Below are positions 55,027 through 64,000 of a stretch of 64,000 nt of DNA, in pieces. The stretch is taken from NCBI GenBank assembly GCA_963693055.1, contig OY843751.1:3744001-3808000 (forward strand), in the 5' to 3' direction. The notes under the pieces were generated by a model. It was not told the origin of the DNA. It did no database searches and was given only the letters and a program-made list of their open reading frames with translations. Origin of the DNA: a bacterium (GTDB lineage Bacteria; Zhuqueibacterota; Zhuqueibacteria; Residuimicrobiales; Krinioviventaceae). Every line of letters begins with the position of its first letter. The stretch's first letter is position 1. The position numbers were made by a program, and so were the translations under genes.

Positions 55027-55122
55027 TACAATTAAACACCATACATTTTTGTAGAACCGTTATCGATTACAATCCTGTTTTCACTCTATTATCAGAACAT
55101 TTTTTAGAAAAAGTCGATTCCG

Positions 55123-56430
55123 TTATTTCTTTAACATCTTGAGCAGCCATTGATTTTTTGCTTCCCGCTGTTCCGGAAAATTCCAGTGACCGGTTTCCAA
55201 CGCCAGCAGCAACTCTTTGGGCGCATCGATAACATTATATGCCGCGTACATGGATGTTGGCGGACAAGTAGTATCGTTAAATCCCCACGAATACCATCCC
55301 GGCACCTGTACTTGTCTTGCAAAATTTACCACATCGTAATACTTGCTGGTCTCAATCTTGTCTTCTTTGACATTAAACGCCTTGTTGTCATCATTAAACA
55401 TGTGCGGCCAGCCTCCTGCCCTGCCGTGCAGATAACCGGTCAAATCACACAATGCAGGAAAAAACGCAGCCAAGTACTTAATGCGGGAATCCAGTCCGGC
55501 AGTGATAATAGACAATGCCCCGCCCTGACTACCGCCGGTTACCGCAAGGTTTTCGCCGTCAAACTCGGGCAGACTGTAAATAAAATCTATAGCTCGTACA
55601 CAGCCCAGGTATACGCGCTTGTAATAGTAATGGTCCTTGTCATCCAGATTATATACCCAGTATCCATCCAGAGCACCGCGACGTAGATCATAATACACGC
55701 CATCATCCATAGTCACGGGAATACCGTGAATTCCAATATTGAAGGTAATTACGCCCTGTTCCGCCAAGGCAATATTTCCATGATATGCCCGTACGCCTGC
55801 ACCTGGGACTTCTAATACCGCTGGTACCTTGCCTTCAGATTTGGGAACGCACAGAATACCGTACAATCGGGAATCCCGTTTTTCATTCTGCAGATTGACA
55901 TGGTACACATTGACTTTAGCTGTGCAGCTCTCTGGAATCAGCGTTACGATGGGATCCATGGGTACCTCTGCGGCTTTGGTTTTCTCCTGTTCCCAGAACT
56001 CAACAAAATCTTTGGGCACGGTTGTTGTGGGTTCTATTTGCGAGGGAGCGAATCCCGCGGTGGCGCAGCTTTTGTACTCTTGTCCGTCTACGGTTGCTGT
56101 GGCCCAGCAGCGCAGAAATCCCGGAGTCTTCATTGTACCACCTTCGATGGTGATTGAACCGGATTTTAACACCTCGGATTTGGATTTCAGTGTTTCCATT
56201 TTCTCGGGTTTGATTTCCCAGGACACAGGTACATCGTGAACAGTATTTCCCGCACGCAGCACTGTAATAGTGAATTTTGCTTTTTCACCCACCTCGTACT
56301 GCCAGTTCTCATGGTCCGGCGCGACAACTACCTTGACCAGCTCTTGTCTGGGTTGGGCTAATAAAACAGATGAAATTAAGAGTATAGATACAATAATACA
56401 ATGAATAGATAACCTGGAACGATTCAACAT
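55123..56430 (-). CDS. Acetylxylan esterase / cephalosporin-C deacetylase-like (CE7)
   Basis: PKDFVEFW, VPGAG, GGSQGG, YYDVVNFA, DTTCPPTS, TGH. Start placed at ATG 56430 after GGAGG. Confidence 0.9.
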   Translation of the reverse strand: MLNRSRLSIHCIIVSILLISSVLLAQPRQELVKVVVAPDHENWQYEVGEKAKFTITVLRAGNTVHDVPVSWEIKPEKMETLKSKSEVLKSGSITIEGGTMKTPGFLRCWATATVDGQEYKSCATAGFAPSQIEPTTTVPKDFVEFWEQEKTKAAEVPMDPIVTLIPESCTAKVNVYHVNLQNEKRDSRLYGILCVPKSEGKVPAVLEVPGAGVRAYHGNIALAEQGVITFNIGIHGIPVTMDDGVYYDLRRGALDGYWVYNLDDKDHYYYKRVYLGCVRAIDFIYSLPEFDGENLAVTGGSQGGALSIITAGLDSRIKYLAAFFPALCDLTGYLHGRAGGWPHMFNDDNKAFNVKEDKIETSKYYDVVNFARQVQVPGWYSWGFNDTTCPPTSMYAAYNVIDAPKELLLALETGHWNFPEQREAKNQWLLKMLKK

Positions 56431-56610
56431 TTCAACCTCCGTAATGTTGGGTAATAGAAAACAATACAAAACCTTGCGGATATATGCAACAGCAATTTCG
56501 CTATTCAGCAGACACGAGTCCCCCCCAACCATCTCACAAATAGTCAAAAATCGATTCCTGCAAGCCCGATAAAAAAAAATGAAGAAAATTTCTAAAAAAT
56601 ACAATTTTTC

Positions 56611-56639
56611 TTGACAATGACATAAATCATGCGTATGAT
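56611..56639 (+). promoter_or_regulatory. Sigma70-type promoter for the beta-barrel genes
   Basis: TTGACA-17 nt-TATGAT. Confidence 0.7.
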
Positions 56640-56747
56640 TAATATATGCAAAACATTACGAGCAGAGGGAAGGATGCTTGTAATGTTTGTGCTCGTCCGG
56701 GGTTGTAATGCAGGTTAAAATTTCAACCAATTTTTCAGGGGTGAAAT

Positions 56748-57467
56748 ATGCCAAAAATATCAGCAATTATTTATCCAATCCTCTTAATCATTATATCCAG
56801 TCCACTGTACTCACAAACCCGTTTGGGAATCTATGTTGGTGGTAATTATTATGATAAAGTCCAAAAACCTGCATTCACCCCTATCGATAAAAACAATCTG
56901 GCAAAAAACAGCAGAATCATTTTTGACAATGACGGCTATTCATACCAACTCGGGCTTTTATTGAAAATCAAATCCAGATTTGGATTTTCGATCGAATACC
57001 GGGGAAAGCGGACCTGTGAGTTTGACTATCCCAAAACCTTTACACCGTACGTTTATGGCCCCAATACCTATTGGATCAAATCACACAGTTCAAGCTGGAA
57101 TTTTGGCGTATCTGCGGATATTGTGAAATTCCACAAATTCAGTTTGCATGCAGGTGTTGGTATAAGCAACACCAAGATTGAAGGATTTATAAGAGATGGG
57201 TTTGTACATCCTACCAGCCACGAAATAAAATATATATATCCGGAGGAAGGATATTCTTCGTGTGGATCTAAAAAAATATATCATCCCCTTTTTACATTGG
57301 GAGTAGATTATAATATTTTTAAAAAGATCACAATAGGGGCCGCGTTGAGGTACAGTTCCGGAGAAATCAAACAATGGAAATGGGGTGGCGATTATAATAA
57401 ACATTTATATGATCAGCAGTTATATGGCATGTATTATATGGTAAATCTGATTTATTGGATAGTTTAG
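56748..57467 (+). CDS. Outer-membrane beta-barrel protein (OmpA-like/porin family)
   Basis: Signal peptide and alternating amphipathic strands (LGIYVGGNY, LHAGVGIS, TLGVDYN, GAALRY). Confidence 0.65.
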   Translation: MPKISAIIYPILLIIISSPLYSQTRLGIYVGGNYYDKVQKPAFTPIDKNNLAKNSRIIFDNDGYSYQLGLLLKIKSRFGFSIEYRGKRTCEFDYPKTFTPYVYGPNTYWIKSHSSSWNFGVSADIVKFHKFSLHAGVGISNTKIEGFIRDGFVHPTSHEIKYIYPEEGYSSCGSKKIYHPLFTLGVDYNIFKKITIGAALRYSSGEIKQWKWGGDYNKHLYDQQLYGMYYMVNLIYWIV

Positions 57468-57546
57468 CCGCTGGAATTTATAACAAACATCTAAATTGAA
57501 AATTAGCCGATTTCAATATCATGTTATGGGTTTCCCGAGTCAGTAT

Positions 57547-58230
57547 ATGAATAAAATCATACTTTTAATTCTCTTTTCAACTTTGGTTTTTTCTCAAGAT
57601 ATCAAATATAGCTTGAATGCGGGCACAAATTATTCATCGGTAATTTCTGAATCCGGTATTCAATATCAAAACGGCATTACCATGGGATTTAGCAGAGAAC
57701 GAATTCTAAACACACACCAATCTTCTTTTGAAATTTTATGCCTATATACCCTAAAAAAAAGTTCATTGGAAAATAAAATCATCAAATATGTGGACAATGG
57801 AGTTTTCATAACCCAAGGAGATATTCACATAAAGCTTGCAACAATTGATATTTGCATGCACAAAAATTTCTATTGGAGCGTTCATGAACCATTCAGGTTC
57901 TCACTCCTGGCAGGCCCCTGTTTCTCCCTATGTATTTCAGACAAATCTACAACCTGGACTGATAAAAATCTTTGCAGTTCTAATATAAACGATATCAATT
58001 GTCAGGATTTGAATTATGATTATGATACCGAGAATGACAACTTATCGGGGTTTATCACCAGATTGGGTAATTCAGGATTCGGATTTGATTTCGGTATGGG
58101 ATTTCATTTCAACAATCTGGCAGTTAAATGTATTTATCAAATACCCCTCTATCAAATAGATACGGTTAAAAACATTAAACTCGATAAATACTATCATGCA
58201 GTAAATATATTTCTAGCTTGTTCGTTTTGA
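57547..58230 (+). CDS. Outer-membrane beta-barrel protein (PorT-like)
   Basis: MNKIILL signal, AGTNYS, LAGPCFS, GFDFGMGF, C-terminal F. Start placed at ATG 57547. Confidence 0.7.
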   Translation: MNKIILLILFSTLVFSQDIKYSLNAGTNYSSVISESGIQYQNGITMGFSRERILNTHQSSFEILCLYTLKKSSLENKIIKYVDNGVFITQGDIHIKLATIDICMHKNFYWSVHEPFRFSLLAGPCFSLCISDKSTTWTDKNLCSSNINDINCQDLNYDYDTENDNLSGFITRLGNSGFGFDFGMGFHFNNLAVKCIYQIPLYQIDTVKNIKLDKYYHAVNIFLACSF

Positions 58231-58287
58231 ATTTTAAAAGCATTATATAATGTTTAAATTTCACGCTTGCTGCTCAGGAATATAAAA

Positions 58288-58336
58288 CAAGTCCACCTGA
58301 CAGCGGACAATCCCATTAAAATGGGACCTACAGGTA
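58288..58336 (+). repeat. 49-bp double-hairpin repeat, copy 1 (REP-like)
   Basis: CAAGTCCACCTGACAGCGGACAATCCCATTAAAATGGGACCTACAGGTA; 45/49 identical to 59156-59204. Confidence 0.85.
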
Positions 58337-58440
58337 TAATATTCAATTTGTATGGACGTTCGACCATGTATTGAGTTGTTTATAATCCATTATCATAAAT
58401 ACATGTTTGACATATTGCATTAATCATTAAAAAGGTTTGT

Positions 58441-59109
58441 ATGATAAATACTGGTTTTAAAACATTCATTTTTTTTATCATTGTGTTTACATTAAACTCT
58501 GCTCAGGGGGCAATAGGCATTAAAGGAGGTGTCAATTATACATATTATAAAAATCCTGCAATTCATCCGGAAGTGGGTGAAACCTGGGGCGTATTTAAAG
58601 AATTTCGTCTAAGTAACAGATTTTTTCTCGAATCTCAATTTTGCATTACACATATAATGGGCAATGAGTTTAATGCTACAGAAGCTGGCGGCCCCTGGGG
58701 TATGAAAGATGACAGAATATATGTTATAAATATTCACATTCATGCTGTATTTTTAGAATTTCCGTTTTTGTTAAAATTCACGGTTTATTCTCAAAATAAT
58801 TTCAAAGTGAATATAACAGCAGGTCCATCTTTTGTCTGGGGTTTAAATGATAAATCGAAAAGAATTATTATTAGGAATGAAGATAAAGATGACTTTGCAA
58901 ATCAAACTATCGATTATCATCTTGCCGATTATGGAGGTCTAGCAAGCAACGGTAAAAGCTGGAATTTTGGCCTGGAATTTATCTTTAGGAAAATATCTCT
59001 AGAATTTCGGTACAGCAATATCACTTATGATCTGGATATGCTTGCAGACCTTTGGTTCAAAGAGGAACTGACACACGCATTTATATTGATTGGAGGAATG
59101 CGATTTTAA
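58441..59109 (+). CDS. Outer-membrane beta-barrel protein (PorT-like)
   Basis: GIKGGVNY, FLEFPFLLKF, AGPSF, LEFRY, C-terminal RF. Confidence 0.75.
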   Translation: MINTGFKTFIFFIIVFTLNSAQGAIGIKGGVNYTYYKNPAIHPEVGETWGVFKEFRLSNRFFLESQFCITHIMGNEFNATEAGGPWGMKDDRIYVINIHIHAVFLEFPFLLKFTVYSQNNFKVNITAGPSFVWGLNDKSKRIIIRNEDKDDFANQTIDYHLADYGGLASNGKSWNFGLEFIFRKISLEFRYSNITYDLDMLADLWFKEELTHAFILIGGMRF

Positions 59110-59155
59110 ACAAGAATGCTCATTTGCAAAAAATCATGACTAGATACTATTTATT

Positions 59156-59204
59156 CAAGTCCACCTAACGGCGGACAATCCCATTGAAATGGGATCTACA
59201 GGTA
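59156..59204 (+). repeat. 49-bp double-hairpin repeat, copy 2 (REP-like)
   Basis: CAAGTCCACCTAACGGCGGACAATCCCATTGAAATGGGATCTACAGGTA. Confidence 0.85.
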
Positions 59205-59406
59205 GAACGAAATTTAATTCGTTTACGTCCACAAGCTCAAGACAAGTGTCGGATCGGGATGTATCCAAGGCCCGGCAATGAGTCAACCAAGTAAAACTTG
59301 GTTGACAGGGAGTATAGTACTCATCCCGCACCATGTATACATTCACCTACGTCAAACACTCAGGGACCGTTATGCGTCAATCAGGGTAATCCGTTAATCT
59401 TGTTAA

Positions 59407-60825
59407 TCAAGGTCTTTTAGTAAATCCGGGTTTATAGTAATACACCAACCCGCTCAAGGTCAAGAGTACTCCCAGCAGCGACGGCAGCGGCGCCGAGATC
59501 AGCGTAACCACCATAAACCAGATATGGATGAGCAGTACTATAATCAAAGTAAAGGGATAAAACGGCACCCGGAAAGGTCGTTTGATTTCCTGATATTTTT
59601 TTCTCAAAACCCAGACCGCCGCAAATGTGGATACGTTAAACACCGCCGAGGTAAAAGAAAAATAGTCGATTACCGCCTCGTAAGCATGCTCCGCAAAGGC
59701 TGCTCCCATTAACAGTACGGTTGCCCAGGCACCCTGTACCAACAGCGCGGTATTGGGGGTTTTGTATTGGGGATGGAGTTTGCTCAGGGGTTTAAAAAAC
59801 AGTCCGTCCTGAGACATGGCGTACCAGGTCCGGGCTTTGCACAGTACCTGGGTTGAGATATTACCAAAGGTATTGATCATTACTGCCGCGGCTATGAAAA
59901 TCCCGCCGGTCACCCCAACCGCCTTGTTCATGGCCTCTGTTGCCACCCACTTGCTGGTTTTGATCACCTCAGGCGAGAGCTGATACAGATACGCCGAGTT
60001 GACCGCCAGATACAGCAGCATAACCCCGGCAATACCCAGGATGATGGAAAGCGGTAGGTTTTTGCGTGGATTTTTAACTTCTTCCGCAACATAGGTTGCT
60101 CCCTCCCATCCGCTGTAGGCGAAAAATCCATATCGCATGGCCGCACCAAAAGCGATCATGGTGGACCAGCTCCATTCCTCGGGCCAGAATTGCGTGGTAA
60201 AATGCGAGATCTCACCCGCACGACTGAATCCAAAATAAACAATCATCAGCAATGCCAGAAATTTAACAGCGCTGAACAAGTTTTGAATTTTACCGCTAAG
60301 CGCCACACCAAAGCAATTCACCAGTGTTAACACCCACATTGCTGAAAAGGCAATAAGCAGTTCAAGGGTATGAGAAATATGGTTCCCGGAAATAGAAAAC
60401 AAAAAAGAGTTGAAATACTCGGCAAAAACCAGCGCAACCGCAACAATAGCGGCGGTTTCCGAAACAAAAAACATGGCCCAACCGCGCAGGAACGTCCAGA
60501 CCGGAGGATACGCAGCTTTGAGATAAGCATAAGGGCCGCCCGATTTGGGCATCATGGCTACCAGTTCCGCGTAACAAAAAGCGCCCAGCAGGGTGGCAAT
60601 GCCTCCCAATATCCAGACGCCATAAAATAAACTAATTGATGCGGTAAGGAGCATAATCGGTCCGGGCGTACGAAAAATCCCGGAACCGATTATCCTTCCA
60701 AATACAATGGATAACGCTTCGGTAAGGCCCAAACGTCGTTCAAGTCCGGTTTGTTCAGAGAATAACGGATTCTCTTCCCCTGTCGGGTCCATGCTTTCCA
60801 GAATTGAACGATTGGATCCACTCAC
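59407..60825 (-). CDS. APC family amino acid permease
   Basis: IIGSGIF, YAEL..MPKSGGPYAYL, FAYSGWE, EEVKNPRKNLP, RPFRVPFYP. Confidence 0.92.
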   Translation of the reverse strand: MSGSNRSILESMDPTGEENPLFSEQTGLERRLGLTEALSIVFGRIIGSGIFRTPGPIMLLTASISLFYGVWILGGIATLLGAFCYAELVAMMPKSGGPYAYLKAAYPPVWTFLRGWAMFFVSETAAIVAVALVFAEYFNSFLFSISGNHISHTLELLIAFSAMWVLTLVNCFGVALSGKIQNLFSAVKFLALLMIVYFGFSRAGEISHFTTQFWPEEWSWSTMIAFGAAMRYGFFAYSGWEGATYVAEEVKNPRKNLPLSIILGIAGVMLLYLAVNSAYLYQLSPEVIKTSKWVATEAMNKAVGVTGGIFIAAAVMINTFGNISTQVLCKARTWYAMSQDGLFFKPLSKLHPQYKTPNTALLVQGAWATVLLMGAAFAEHAYEAVIDYFSFTSAVFNVSTFAAVWVLRKKYQEIKRPFRVPFYPFTLIIVLLIHIWFMVVTLISAPLPSLLGVLLTLSGLVYYYKPGFTKRP

Positions 60826-60836
60826 CTGCGCTACCG

Positions 60837-62255
60837 CTATAATTTAAAATTTTTCTTGGACAGGTTGTAGGTCAAGTCTACAATCACTTCTTCCGCTTCA
60901 TCCATATCCATAACATGTTCGGATACCAGTCCCGCCAGGAAGCGGCAGTCAATACGACGCGCAACATCATGACGCGCGGGAATGGATGGGAACGCACGGG
61001 TATCATCAATGAATCCAACAGTATTATAGAAACCGGCGGTTTCGGTAACCATCTCACGGAAACGCAGCATACCTTCGCGACTGTCATGGAACCACCAGGA
61101 CGGGCCCAGTTTCATGGCCGGATAATGACCAGCAAGCGGAGCCAGATCGCGAGAATAAGTGGTCTCGTCAATGGTAAACATGATCAAAGTCAGATCAGGA
61201 TTATTGCCGTATTTGTTCAACAGCGGTTTCAGGTTTTCTACATACTCGGTAGTCATGGGGATGTCACAGCCTTTATCCAGACCAAACTTTTCAAACACAA
61301 CCTGATTATGGTTACGGTATACTCCGGGATGTATCTGCATGGTGAGTCCGTCTTCTATACTCATGCGTGCCATTTCCATAATCATGTGGCCGGTAAACTG
61401 TTTTGCGTCTTGCGGGGTGGCTTTGCCTTGCAGAGCCTTGTCGTACAATTGAGAGGCTTCGCTCTCATTCAACTCGACCGTATAAGGATACAAAACTCCC
61501 TGATCTGTAGAAGTACAACCCATTTCTTTAAAGAATGCACGACGGTTTTCCATCGCCTGGATATAGCCTTTGTAGGTAGAACAGTCGATACCGCTCATTT
61601 CAGTCAGCTTATCAATATTGGATTTCCATCCTTTATACATAAAATCGGTCACATTATCGGGACGAAACGCGGGAACCACTCTGCCGCTCCAGCCGCTCTC
61701 ACGAATGGCTTTGTGATGTTCCAGCGTATCAATTGGCGAATCGGTTGTGCTCAGCACTTCGATATTAAATTTTTCAAACATGGCGCGGGGCAGGTTTTCC
61801 GGTTTTTTCAGGGTTTCCTGAATTTCATCATAAATTTCCATAGCGGTTTCAGAAGTCAAGCGTTTCCGGATGCCCAGTACTTCATACAACTCGTGTTTCA
61901 ACCAGTTACCGGTGGGTGTAGCGCGGTACAGGTAAAAATTGTCTGCAACAATCTGCCATATTTTACGGTGGTCCTGTTCGGTATCTCCACCATCCACACG
62001 GGGAACACCCAATGATTCCAAAGGAATACCCTGTGAGTACAGCATACGGAACAGGTAATGATCGGGAATGACCAGCAGTTCAGCAGGATCAGGAAACGGG
62101 GTATTGTTGGCAAACAAGGACGGATCCACATGTCCATGCGGACACAACAATGGCAGATCTTTGATCAAACCGAACAAATGACGCGCAATCTCCCGCTGTC
62201 CGGGATCAGCGCTGAAATATCTATCATCGCTTAATTCTAAAGGTTTAACAGACAT
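60837..62255 (-). CDS. uxaC: Glucuronate (uronate) isomerase
   Basis: LCPHGHVDP, PDHYLFRMLYSQG, MQIHPG, WWFHDS, DDTRAFPSIPARHDVARR. Confidence 0.95.
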   Translation of the reverse strand: MSVKPLELSDDRYFSADPGQREIARHLFGLIKDLPLLCPHGHVDPSLFANNTPFPDPAELLVIPDHYLFRMLYSQGIPLESLGVPRVDGGDTEQDHRKIWQIVADNFYLYRATPTGNWLKHELYEVLGIRKRLTSETAMEIYDEIQETLKKPENLPRAMFEKFNIEVLSTTDSPIDTLEHHKAIRESGWSGRVVPAFRPDNVTDFMYKGWKSNIDKLTEMSGIDCSTYKGYIQAMENRRAFFKEMGCTSTDQGVLYPYTVELNESEASQLYDKALQGKATPQDAKQFTGHMIMEMARMSIEDGLTMQIHPGVYRNHNQVVFEKFGLDKGCDIPMTTEYVENLKPLLNKYGNNPDLTLIMFTIDETTYSRDLAPLAGHYPAMKLGPSWWFHDSREGMLRFREMVTETAGFYNTVGFIDDTRAFPSIPARHDVARRIDCRFLAGLVSEHVMDMDEAEEVIVDLTYNLSKKNFKL

Positions 62256-62274
62256 TGAACTTCCTTTCTATAAT

Positions 62275-63258
62275 TTAACTCTTAATTTTGGACTTTTTTA
62301 CTTTGACCTGAACAGTCTTTTTCTGTCCATACAACGCAAGCTGACTGCCCAAAAATACCAGCCGCAGGCCAATCTTGATAAAAATAAAAATCTGTTGCAA
62401 AACAACCAATATGATCAACACAAAAATTCCTGTGGGATTTATGATCTCTAAAAGACTACCCAATACCAGCATAACAGCGGCGCTGATCAATAGTAACAAT
62501 CCATACAATCCCAAGGTTTTTAATGGATGTCCTACAACAAACTTGAATGCCAGCCAGATACAAAACCATGAAGACTCGTGGTTTTCTTTGATCAGAATAA
62601 TTTTAGCATAATCAAACACGATCTTGATCAATACAAACAGCAATGCAAAAATCAAATAGCCGCCAAAATTCAACCACCAGACCGCTTTTTCGCTCATTAA
62701 AGGGGCAGCAATGGCATCTATTACAGAAAACAATGCCGGATGCAAAAACTTGTAAATCACCAGAAACAATAATACCATGGTCAATGCCAGTGCAAACAGG
62801 TGATGATAGTAAAATCCTGATAAAGAGAAAAACCGTCCAGTGGAATAGGATCGTTTTTCATCCGCATATAGCGCAAGTGTACCGCCATTAAAAAAAGCAG
62901 CAATACTGATATAAACCAGTGCCAGTAAAAAAACAACCAGACTGTAGCGGGTAAAGCCTCCGCTCAACAGCAGTTCAAGATTGTCAAATACCGGCCCGAA
63001 ACCGCCATCAATAGCCGGCCGCAGAGTATTGATCAGACCCTCTTTGGATGTCTGTAATGCACTCCACCAGTCAAAATTAAAACTGGTTGTCAGATCGTCC
63101 CGCACGCCTTTAAAGGCAATCTCTTTACCCAATTGGCTTGTAAAAGGAATTGCCAACAGCAGTCCGGCTGCCAGGTTGACCACATAAATAATGGGAACCA
63201 TTTTATAATTTTCAATTACCAGATTCAATCCGTTACGTAATGCTTTGATCATTTTCAT
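62275..63258 (-). CDS. Multi-pass membrane hypothetical protein
   Basis: About six hydrophobic helices; directly follows the M1 peptidase gene. Confidence 0.75.
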   Translation of the reverse strand: MKMIKALRNGLNLVIENYKMVPIIYVVNLAAGLLLAIPFTSQLGKEIAFKGVRDDLTTSFNFDWWSALQTSKEGLINTLRPAIDGGFGPVFDNLELLLSGGFTRYSLVVFLLALVYISIAAFFNGGTLALYADEKRSYSTGRFFSLSGFYYHHLFALALTMVLLFLVIYKFLHPALFSVIDAIAAPLMSEKAVWWLNFGGYLIFALLFVLIKIVFDYAKIILIKENHESSWFCIWLAFKFVVGHPLKTLGLYGLLLLISAAVMLVLGSLLEIINPTGIFVLIILVVLQQIFIFIKIGLRLVFLGSQLALYGQKKTVQVKVKKSKIKS

Positions 63259-63286
63259 AATTCAATTCTCCTATTTGGAATCCATG

Positions 63287-64000
63287 TCATGAAAAAATAG
63301 CTGCCGTTTCGAGTAAATGCTGCAGCCAGAAAAGCCATCTGGCACCCCATTTCATCGCGGCAAAAGAATTACGTTCACGGTAACGGACATTGTTCGAAAC
63401 ATCTGTATCCAATACTATCTTGTGTTCAGGATCTATTTCAACCTTGTATACCGGTGAATCCACTTTATAATTCAGCACGGTAACCGCATCTTTAGCATCC
63501 CAGGTTTCATGTACAATCTCACCATTTTCAAAAGATACAGCAATTTCAGCAGTTATAGCCAGGTCACCATTGCGTTTCAAAACAATACGCGATTCATATC
63601 CTGAAGCAGCTTTGGTGTTAGTATAGAGCTTGCCTTGTTCATCCAAGCCATTTACGGGGGATACCGGTTTTGAACTGATATCCTGCACCATCAGATCAAT
63701 ATCAGCGGCACCATACAGTATCTTTTCGAAAAACCAGTCCATAGGTTCGGGAGCAATTTCATTCACCACGTCAATAAAATCCTGCGTGGTTGGATGCTTG
63801 TAACTGTACCGGGAAGCAAAAGTTTGCATCACATTTAAGAATGTTTCAGTACCCAATAAATTTTCAAGAGTTGCCAGCATCATGGCAGCTTTATCATAGG
63901 CGTGTGCCTTGTAACTAGCATAAGTAGCAAACTCCCATGCTGGTTGGTTCACAGGTTCAACCATTCCCGCATTACGGTATCGATTCATACGCCTGTCCAT
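63287..64000 (-). CDS. M1 family metallopeptidase, C-terminal part (5' end beyond window)
   Basis: AYDKAAMMLATLENLLG...YSYKHPTTQDF...MDWFF, VEIDPE..VLD...NN. Confidence 0.8.
   Translation of the reverse strand: MDRRMNRYRNAGMVEPVNQPAWEFATYASYKAHAYDKAAMMLATLENLLGTETFLNVMQTFASRYSYKHPTTQDFIDVVNEIAPEPMDWFFEKILYGAADIDLMVQDISSKPVSPVNGLDEQGKLYTNTKAASGYESRIVLKRNGDLAITAEIAVSFENGEIVHETWDAKDAVTVLNYKVDSPVYKVEIDPEHKIVLDTDVSNNVRYRERNSFAAMKWGARWLFWLQHLLETAAIFS

Noticed and set aside
57478-57529. Integron attC-like site (TTATAAC...GTTATGG with inner ATTGAAA/TTTCAAT)
   Set aside because: The inner repeat spacing does not fit L''/L' geometry, no equivalent site follows the other two genes, and no integrase is present.
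58288-59204. CRISPR array from the 49-bp repeats
   Set aside because: Only two copies, separated by about 820 bp containing a gene; no cas genes.
59155-59346. 63-aa minus-strand ORF
   Set aside because: Overlies hairpin and repeat DNA, with no clear RBS or protein-like features.
60915-62015. 366-aa plus-strand ORF
   Set aside because: Antisense shadow of uxaC with no recognisable motifs.

Overview
An AT-rich chromosomal window, most likely from an FCB-group bacterium of the KSB1/Calditrichaeota type. That assignment is inferred from secreted proteins with YPNPFNP FlgD-Ig/T9SS-like C-terminal domains, canonical TTGACA/TATAAT promoters, selB, and an archaeal/eukaryotic-type asd. I recognised no rRNA, tRNA, CRISPR array, transposase, integrase or reverse transcriptase. 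Left to right: (1) a minus-strand operon of asd, a Gfo/Idh/MocA oxidoreductase and a divergent DHDPS-like aldolase (missing from the ORF track, runs off the window), preceded by an unannotated 20-aa Lys/Thr/Met-rich leader peptide with terminator and antiterminator; (2) DUF2752, a TIM barrel, a trehalase-like gene and selB; (3) a YfiR + TonB-dependent receptor + HAMP kinase + receiver + ATPase-degenerate hybrid kinase operon; (4) yigZ and a CNNM/CBS protein; (5) a probable sigma54 operon with one FN3/CTD protein and three large paralogous mosaic FGE-like/FISUMP surface proteins; (6) a TlpA lipoprotein next to a broken sulfatase, two GH29 fucosidases, a sulfatase, an AI-2E transporter, GH32 and AraC; (7) an aminotransferase, an L-lectin/CTD pseudogene, an ACT protein, a PEGA protein with two FGE-like lipoproteins, a triple PQQ-propeller protein and a membrane PPase; (8) a CE7 esterase, three outer-membrane beta-barrels with REP-like hairpins, an APC permease, uxaC and a partial M1 peptidase. 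The best candidate for an undescribed system is the lysine-sensing attenuator controlling asd plus two non-canonical enzymes, possibly an alternative DapA/DapB-type step. Two possible donor-strand docking systems for lectin-fold adhesins come next. All family calls are from motif recognition by eye; no searches were run.
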